A model generated the notes under the pieces. That model ran no database searches and was not told the DNA's origin. It saw nothing but the letters and a program-made list of their open reading frames with translations. The translations under genes were made by a program, and so were the position numbers. From assembly GCA_043754515.1 (NCBI GenBank), contig JAYUUO010000072.1:1-15696 (forward strand): a stretch of DNA of 15,696 bases, read 5' to 3'. The stretch comes from Armatimonadota bacterium (lineage in GTDB: Bacteria; Armatimonadota; Armatimonadia; Armatimonadales; Armatimonadaceae). Of this stretch, positions 9,531 to 15,696 are shown one piece after another. Numbering within the stretch: the stretch's first letter is position 1; each line of letters begins with the position of its first letter.

Positions 9531-9738
9531 GCCGATCCTCCGATCAGAACCTCGGTGCCCGCGATAGCGCGGAACCAGGTTGCGAGCGTCGCGCTTCAAC
9601 CGCTAACGGTTCGTCGGGGGCGGCACTCCTATTACGACAACAGTTTACCGGCGCGTGTTTCGTTTCGAGGGCGGCTGTGATTTATTTCATACCCAGAAGG
9701 CGCGCCACACACTCCCTGCCTCGCGGAACATACGATAC

Positions 9739-10737
9739 CTACTTGCTATCGGAGGAGTGGCCGGGGAATGCCTTCGCTCCCGGATCAATGAACGTTTTGG
9801 CGAAGTTCGCCGCCGTCCCCGCCTCGCCGATCCCGGTCGCGATCAGTTTCAGTTTGCCGACATACGTGCAGATGTCGCCCGCCGCGTAAACGCCCGGAAT
9901 TGTCGTTTGCATAGTCGAGTCTACCCGGATCGCGTTCTTTTCAATGTCAAGCCCCCACTCTTTGATCGGCCCGAGGTTCGTCAGAAATCCCAGATTCAGT
10001 AGCAAGTTATCACATTCGATAACCGTCTCCTCGCCGGAGCGGTTGTCGAAGATCGTCACCGCCCCCAAGTGTTCCTCGCCGTGTACCGCCTTCAACTCGT
10101 GAAACCGCCGGATGTGCGTGGGACCCGCCAGCACCTTCTCAACGGTGTCTTCGTGAGCACGGAAGCGGTCGGATCGGTGGAGTAGGGTACATTCGGCGGC
10201 ATGCGGTGCCAGTGCCATCGCCCAGTCGAACGCCGAGTCGCCTCCGCCGACGATCACGAGACGCTTGCCATATAATGGCTTCGTATCATTGACGAAATAC
10301 TGAATGCCCTTCTCTTCGAGTTCCTGCAACCCCGAGACGTCCAGACGGCGCGGGATGAACGCGCCGACGCCCGCCGCGATCAACACCGCCTTGGTGTGGT
10401 GCATCCCCTTGTCCGTCGTGAGTGTCAATACGCCGGTTCCCGGATCGCGCGTCAGGGTCTGCACCTTCTCGTTCAGACACACGGCGGGCGCGTACTGCAA
10501 CGCCTGTTCCGCGCTCTGGTCTACCAGATCTTTCGCGAGAATCTTCGGGAAGCCGCCCACGTCGTAGATGTACTTCTCGGGATACAGCGCGGAAAGTTGA
10601 CCGCCGAGTGCCCCGAGCGAGTCAATTATCTTGGTTTTCATCTGCCGTAATCCGGCATAGAACGCGCCGTAAAGCCCCGTCGGCCCCCCGCCGATTATGG
10701 TAAAGTCGTACAATTCCTGCGTCACATCGTCGCTCAT
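9739..10737 (-). CDS. Thioredoxin-reductase-type ferredoxin/flavodoxin--NADP+ reductase (YumC-like)
   Basis: IIGGGPTGLYGAFYAGLR, GGQLSALYPEKYIYDVGGFP, VGGGDSAFDWA, FRAHE, GKLKLIATG, C-terminal GHSS. No CxxC redox motif, so not a true TrxR. Confidence 0.92.
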   Translation of the reverse strand: MSDDVTQELYDFTIIGGGPTGLYGAFYAGLRQMKTKIIDSLGALGGQLSALYPEKYIYDVGGFPKILAKDLVDQSAEQALQYAPAVCLNEKVQTLTRDPGTGVLTLTTDKGMHHTKAVLIAAGVGAFIPRRLDVSGLQELEEKGIQYFVNDTKPLYGKRLVIVGGGDSAFDWAMALAPHAAECTLLHRSDRFRAHEDTVEKVLAGPTHIRRFHELKAVHGEEHLGAVTIFDNRSGEETVIECDNLLLNLGFLTNLGPIKEWGLDIEKNAIRVDSTMQTTIPGVYAAGDICTYVGKLKLIATGIGEAGTAANFAKTFIDPGAKAFPGHSSDSK

Positions 10738-10753
10738 ACTGGATACCCGTTCT

Positions 10754-10790
10754 AAAAAGAAAGCCGCTACGCCCCATGGGGAGTAGCGGC
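10754..10790 (-). terminator. Rho-independent terminator-like hairpin
   Basis: Minus strand GCCGCTACTCCCCATGGGGCGTAGCGGC followed by TTTCTTTTT, 55 nt after the esterase stop and about 16 nt before the reductase ATG. Confidence 0.75.
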
Positions 10791-10845
10791 CTCGCTGCCT
10801 TAGATTATATCGCCCGGCGGCGAAATAATCAAAATAGGCGGATGA

Positions 10846-12984
10846 TTACCAGTCCAGCGTGTCCGCGACCCAATTCACCATGCTGTTCCACTGACTCGTG
10901 CCGAACGCCATCCCCTGGTGATCCACTAGCCGGGGGTGTCCGCCGTGCGGCTGGACGGGGCGCGTCAACTGGAAATGTATCTTGCCGCCGAGTGTCGGAT
11001 CGGAAAGGAGCGGGAGCACCGCCGACTTCCACGAGGTCGCGTCGTCGCTGATGGACGTGTTCGCGCAGAATATCTCCGCGTTCGGGTACTGGCTATGGGT
11101 GTTATGAACGAACGTCGAGTATTTCGCGATCCACAAATCGCGGGACTTCGCCTGGAACCGGTCGTTATGCCCGATGGTGAGCACAACGGCGTCGGCCTGC
11201 CACGCACCGAAGTTCCACGTAGCGGCGTTGGCAGGCGCGTAACCGTCAAAGTCGAGTTTGTCGTAATAGTCGAGCAAGGTGTAATTGAGCACGAAGATAC
11301 CCGCTACCCCGGTCGCGCCTTGCTGATGCTCCGGTAGTCCGCGCCCATCTCGCGCCCCATGTAGCCGTCGAAACTGCGCCAGACGTTGCTGGTGTACTGG
11401 CTGTCACTCCCATGATCGGGGCTCATGACGAGCGGGTCTTGCGTGCCGCCGCTAGTCACCGAGTCCCCATAAAACTCGATGCGGCGGTTCGGAACCGGGT
11501 TGGGGCGTAGCAAGCCCCTACCGGTGTCCAGGTTAAACCCCTTGAACTGTAAAATGCCCGACGTGCTGTCCTGATTACATACCAGCGTCACGGTGTGGAT
11601 ACCATCCGGTAGCCGGCTCGCGAGTGACACCGTGTTGTCGCCGTAGGGAGCTAGAATGTGGCGCGATGTAGACTCGTCGTTGTCGAGTACGATCACCATG
11701 TCCTGCCAGTCGAAACTACTTAGGAGTTACGCGGTTGGCGGTTTCGTATGCCCGGATCTGTCCGTCCCACCCGCAAGCGGGTACCCGACGTCCGGCTACG
11801 AAGTAGCCTGGATAGGCAATCGTCAAAACAAGTTTTGACCGTACTTGTTTTGCCGATGACGTGGGTTTCGACCCGCGTTCTTAACGAACCGCGTAACTCC
11901 TACTACTGTTGAATAAGTGTGCGCTGAGCGAGGAACTTTTAAAATCGGGCGCGCATCTCGGAACCCGCCCAGAAACTCTCCGGTTCCTGCGGGTTAGTCA
12001 CGCGCCCGCGTCCCGCGTACTGGATCAGCGGGCTGTCCGCGCCCGCCGAACCGGAGCCAGTCTGCGTTTCATCGAAGAAGGCACCGCCCATGTTTTGCTG
12101 GTCGAGCAACGTGCGTGAGCCGGTCGGTTGGACGCGTACCTGCCAGGAGTACCGATCGCTCTTCGCGATGTTCGCTGGGATTACGGGCGCGAAGTCGAGC
12201 ACGCCACGCCCCGGCGTGACATCTGGGTGATCAGGGTGTTGCCGAGGAGGAGGTGGATTAAAATAGTGTCGCTCTGCTTCGTGGTGTAGTGAACCCGGAT
12301 CGGCGCGGGCTTGCCCTTCTCTAGCGCGCGAAGGGCGCGGCGGATGGTGGCGTGGTCGCGCGTTTCGGAGACGGTGGTCAGCCGGAAATTCGTCATGTGC
12401 CACTTGCAGGAGTAATCGTTCGGGTATCCGCCGCGCGGCCCGTACGCCGATACGCTCGCCGACACCGCGCCCGCCTGGGTGAGCGCGGTGGTAGAGCCAG
12501 TCTCCCAGCCGAAGGTCTGTACGCCGAAGAGGGATGGGTCCGCGTTCTGAACGTCCATGCTGGGTATATTTTGTAGTAGGTTACCGCCCGCGTCGAAGAA
12601 TTGGATAGACGGCGTCGCCCCTTTCACTTCGTAGGTAAAACCGTCCGTATGCTGGACATCGAGAGTGAATTTGTAAACGCGGCCTGCCGTAACACTCGCG
12701 CGGCTGTCCGCCGCCGTGCTGATCTGCCCGCCGTAGTCGAGGTCAACCACATCGCTGCTGTAGGGTATGGCGTAGTATTTGCCGGGATACAGCCCGAACC
12801 CGTTCGGCCCGTCGTATCGGATGTCCCAGCCAGGGATAGAGTGCGTTCCGCTCCCATACTGGTAAAAGCCGCCCTGCGAGAAGTCGGTGTTGGTGGGAAG
12901 CCGGTTCGTGGAGTCATCGGCACGCCCCACGATCGGTATTCCGATCACCGCGAGCGCGGCGATAACTGTCAGCAAACGTTTCAC
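10846..12984 (-). pseudogene. Secreted multidomain SGNH/GDSL esterase (CE2-like catalytic region) disrupted by a MITE-like insertion and three single-base frameshifts
   Basis: Four ORF fragments chain together: signal peptide (GTG 12984, MKRLLTVIAALAVIGIPIVGRA), beta-rich N-terminal region, 'IQYAGR...FWAGSEMRARFKSSSLSAHL...DMVIVLD' CE2-N-like part, RRIEFYGDSVTSG, SISKGATG, VVLTIGHND, GGHP. Breaks at about 12225, about 11941, 11721-11902 (insertion) and about 11319. Confidence 0.88.
11721..11902. mobile_element. 182-bp miniature inverted-repeat transposable element (MITE)-like insertion
   Basis: Perfect 16-bp TIRs TAGGAGTTACGCGGTT (11721-11736) and AACCGCGTAACTCCTA (11887-11902). Direct repeat CTACT lies on both sides (11716-11720, 11903-11907). 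No transposase is encoded. Excision gives the in-frame sequence LFNSSFDWQDMVIVLD. Confidence 0.9.
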
Positions 12985-13050
12985 CGTTGTATACTCTTCG
13001 TTCACAAAGCGTCCGCGTCATCGAGCGACACCGCCGTCAGTGTTACCAGG

Positions 13051-13108
13051 ATTATATCGGCGACTCACGTTTTGAAAAAGAGGAAAATGTTTTCCCAAAA
13101 CAGTTTCC
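13051..13108 (-). promoter_or_regulatory. Promoter region of the esterase gene: TATAAT plus LacI-type operator-like palindrome(s)
   Basis: TATAAT at 13056-13051. GGAAAA-TG-TTTTCC palindrome at 13082-13095 and a weaker neighbour CCAAAACAGTTTCC at 13095-13108. Confidence 0.55.
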
Positions 13109-13205
13109 GAGCCATAAGGCCGTATGTTTTTTTCTGTAGTTTCCGGTGACAACTGGCCTCGGAACGCTGAAAAACAGCCCGCGCTCCTGTAGTCGTTGCT
13201 CATCC

Positions 13206-13246
13206 AAAAAAAGGAACGCCGCCGGGGACATCGTCCTCCGGCGGCG
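13206..13246 (-). terminator. Rho-independent terminator of the mnmG-hypothetical transcript
   Basis: Minus strand CGCCGCCGGAGGAC-GAT-GTCCCCGGCGGCG followed by TTCCTTTTTTT, 40 nt after the stop at 13287. Confidence 0.85.
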
Positions 13247-13286
13247 CGTGCTCAGAACGGCGTCTCGGCCACTGTTCGGGCGACTT

Positions 13287-13754
13287 TTACAGCCGCAGTC
13301 TGTAGTCAATAATCGCCGACACGCCGACTCCCTTCACTCGCGAGAGCGACGTGACATCGTTCGGCTTCGTGGTCGAGACGGGGACCAGCGCGGTCGCCCG
13401 CAGTTCATTCCCTATCTTCGTCTCGCCTTCCACGCGGGCGATGGCTTTCACCTTGTCCACTTTGTTCTTCGGCCCCGTTACCTGCGCCGCGCCGACATAC
13501 GCGCCTTCGCCGACCGTGACGATGGGAACGACGCGGGTCGTCTCGCGGATGCCGTCAGGCTTGTTCCCGGTCAGCGTGTTAACAAATCGGTCAATCTGCC
13601 CGCCGAACTGGTTCACCAGCACCCCGATCGCCGCGCCTTTCAGCACCTCGCCTAATTGCGCTCGCGCGGGCAACGCCTGCCCGATTGCGAATCCGCCGAA
13701 TGCCGCCGCGACTGCGATTATCGCCACCCGGCTATTGTTCCGTCTTTGTATCAT
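13287..13754 (-). CDS. Hypothetical secreted or membrane-associated protein (155 aa)
   Basis: Basic N-terminus, hydrophobic stretch and ARA cleavage-like site, protein-like composition. The start overlaps the last 23 nt of mnmG and a terminator follows. Confidence 0.82.
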   Translation of the reverse strand: MIQRRNNSRVAIIAVAAAFGGFAIGQALPARAQLGEVLKGAAIGVLVNQFGGQIDRFVNTLTGNKPDGIRETTRVVPIVTVGEGAYVGAAQVTGPKNKVDKVKAIARVEGETKIGNELRATALVPVSTTKPNDVTSLSRVKGVGVSAIIDYRLRL

Positions 13755-15675
13755 CTTCTCGTTTTCTTTCTCGCCGATCCCTCGACGCCAGATATATGTT
13801 CAACGTCGAGACGTCGGACGGCGTGACGCCCGGAACCCGCGCCGCCTGCCCCAGCGTCGCGGGGCGGATCTTGCCCAGTTTCTCCCGCGCCTCGGACGCC
13901 ATGCCGTTGATGACGGAATAATCGAGGTCGGTGGGGAGTAGCAGGTGATCCCGACGCTTTGCCGCGTCTACCTGTGCCACTTCCCGATCTATATACCCTT
14001 CATAGTGAGCCAGTATACCTGCCTGATCCCACGCGGACGCGGTCAGCGGCGTGATCGGCTCGCCCATATACTCGGCGACCATCGCTTCCGTCACCCCCGG
14101 TCGGCGTAGCAACTCGAAGAGCGACACGCGCCCGTGCCCGCCGACCACGCCCAGCCCGGCGGCGGTCAGCTTCGCGTTGTCCGGCGTCGTGACCCAGGTG
14201 CCGTGTAGACGTTCGTGGAGCGTCGTCATCCGCGCCCGCTTGCCCGCGAACATTGCATATTGATCGTCACCGACCAGACCCACGCCGCGACCGATCTCGG
14301 TCAGTCGCAAATCCGCGTTGTCTTGGCGGAGCGTGAGGCGGAACTCGGCGCGCGACGTCAGGAGCCGGTACGGGTCGTTTACGCCTTTGGTCACCAGGTC
14401 GTCAATCATCACCCCGATGTAGGCGTCCGAGCGGGTTAGCGTCCACGGCTTGCGCCCCTGCGCGTACAGCGCGGCGTTCGCGCCCGCCATCAGTCCCTGC
14501 GCCGCCGCCTCCTCGTAGCCTGACGTGCCATTGATCTGTCCCGCCAGAAACAGCCCCTCGACGCGCTTCGTCATCAGCGCGGGCGTCAGTTCCGTCGGCG
14601 GCACGAAATCGTACTCCACCGCATAGCCCGGCTTCAGCATCACCGCGTCCTCAAGGCCGGGGAGCGTTCGCACAAACTCCAACTGGACGTCGGCGGGCAG
14701 GCTCGTGCTCATCCCCTGAATATAGAGCGAGCCGGAGTGCCAGCCCTCCTGCTCCAGAAAGACCTGGTGGCGTTCCTTGTCCGCGAACCGCACGACCTTG
14801 TCCTCAATGGACGGGCAGTAGCGGGGGCCGACCCCTTCGATAAAGCCGCCGTACATCGCCGAGCGGTGTAGGTTACGGCGGATCACCTCGTGCGTCCGGT
14901 CGTTCGTGTACGTCAGCCAGGTCGGAAGTAGTCCTTCGTGGCGGCGCGGTGGTGTGCGGAAAGAGAACGCGGGCGTGTCCGGCTCCGACGGTTGCGTGTC
15001 AGTGCGCGAGAAATCAACCGACTCCTGCGCGATACGCGGGGTAGTGCCGGTCTTGAGCCGACCGAGCGGGAAGCCGAGCGCGGTCAGGGACGCCGACAAG
15101 CCGTACGCCGCCGTCTCGACCGTGTTAGTCGCCGCCGTGCCGGTCTTATCAAGCGGGATACCGCGCCCGGCCTCCCAGCGCGAATCGCCCATGTGGCACA
15201 GGCCGCGCAGGAACGTCCCGGTGGTGACGACCACGGTCCGCGCCGAGAACGATTCGCCGCTCGCTGTCCGTACGCCGACAACACGGTCGCCTTCAGTCAT
15301 CAGTTCTTCGACTAAGCCCTCGCGCAAAGTCAGGTTCGCCGCGCCCTGTAGATAGGCTTGCATGGCGCGGGGGTAATCAGCGACATCCACCTGCGCCCGG
15401 AGCGCACGGACGGCGGGTCCTTTGCCGGTGTTCAGCATCCGCAAATGTGTCAGTGTCGCGTCGGTGATGATCGCCATCGCCCCGCCCAGGGCGTCAATCT
15501 CGCGCACAAGGTGGCCCTTCGCGGGACCGCCGACCGAGCAGTTGCAGGGGAGCGTCGCGATCCGGTCAATATTCCCGGTGACCATCAGCGTGTCGCAACC
15601 CATGCGTGCCGCCGCGAGAGCCGCCTCGCAACCCGCGTGCCCGCCGCCGATAACCAGTACGTCGTAAATGTGCAT
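13732..15675 (-). CDS. mnmG: tRNA uridine-5-carboxymethylaminomethyl(34) synthesis enzyme MnmG (GidA)
   Basis: [92 protein letters not shown]. Confidence 0.99.
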   Translation of the reverse strand: MHIYDVLVIGGGHAGCEAALAAARMGCDTLMVTGNIDRIATLPCNCSVGGPAKGHLVREIDALGGAMAIITDATLTHLRMLNTGKGPAVRALRAQVDVADYPRAMQAYLQGAANLTLREGLVEELMTEGDRVVGVRTASGESFSARTVVVTTGTFLRGLCHMGDSRWEAGRGIPLDKTGTAATNTVETAAYGLSASLTALGFPLGRLKTGTTPRIAQESVDFSRTDTQPSEPDTPAFSFRTPPRRHEGLLPTWLTYTNDRTHEVIRRNLHRSAMYGGFIEGVGPRYCPSIEDKVVRFADKERHQVFLEQEGWHSGSLYIQGMSTSLPADVQLEFVRTLPGLEDAVMLKPGYAVEYDFVPPTELTPALMTKRVEGLFLAGQINGTSGYEEAAAQGLMAGANAALYAQGRKPWTLTRSDAYIGVMIDDLVTKGVNDPYRLLTSRAEFRLTLRQDNADLRLTEIGRGVGLVGDDQYAMFAGKRARMTTLHERLHGTWVTTPDNAKLTAAGLGVVGGHGRVSLFELLRRPGVTEAMVAEYMGEPITPLTASAWDQAGILAHYEGYIDREVAQVDAAKRRDHLLLPTDLDYSVINGMASEAREKLGKIRPATLGQAARVPGVTPSDVSTLNIYLASRDRRERKREDDTKTEQ

Positions 15676-15683
15676 AACGACTT

Positions 15684-15689
15684 ATTATA
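15684..15689 (-). promoter_or_regulatory. -10 element directly upstream of the mnmG start (probable leaderless or near-leaderless mRNA)
   Basis: TATAAT (15689-15684) ends 8 nt before the ATG at 15675. No SD between them. Confidence 0.65.
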
Positions 15690-15696
15690 TCGCCGG

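Noticed and set aside
9739..10737. Annotation as thioredoxin reductase (trxB)
   Set aside because: The CxxC motif is absent, and YPEKYIYD and the C-terminal HSS indicate the YumC-type FNR.
11656..11838. 60-aa + strand ORF crossing the MITE boundary
   Set aside because: It starts antisense to the esterase and runs into the element, with no transposase-like features.
11721..11902. Alternative reading as an IS630-like element with a TA duplication and 14-bp TIRs
   Set aside because: It leaves the flanking CTACT duplication unexplained and gives a poorer reconstructed protein than the 5-bp TSD model.
10846..12984. Programmed frameshifting or phase variation as the explanation of the esterase breaks
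   Set aside because: Three scattered indels plus an insertion, with no long homopolymer or clear slippery site at two of them, fit decay or assembly error better.
1..15696. CRISPR array, tRNA/rRNA genes, prophage or defence genes
   Set aside because: No regularly spaced repeats, cloverleaf-like sequences or matching protein motifs were seen by eye. A tRNAscan/Infernal run would be needed to exclude RNA genes formally.

Overview
GC-rich bacterial chromosomal window. The gene content and promoter style are loosely suggestive of Armatimonadota or a similar lineage (inference only). Intact genes: LacI-family regulator, tandem-domain ThyX-like protein, DegT-family aminotransferase, M20D amidohydrolase, SigB/SigF-type sigma factor, TrxR-type ferredoxin-NADP+ reductase, a small secreted hypothetical protein and mnmG. 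The 5' end of a probable PhyH-family dioxygenase runs off the left edge. Two predicted secreted, glycan-related genes are broken. A G8/CEMIP-like gene (4627-7031) has one frameshift. A ~650-aa SGNH/CE2-like esterase gene (10846-12984) has three single-base frameshifts plus an insertion the ORF track does not show. That insertion is a 182-bp non-autonomous MITE-like element (11721-11902) with perfect 16-bp terminal inverted repeats, a 5-bp target-site duplication and a hairpin-dense interior. Excising it rejoins the reading frame across the site. Also seen: a consensus sigma70 promoter, probable leaderless genes, LacI-type operator candidates and a terminator lying between a putative promoter and the reductase start.
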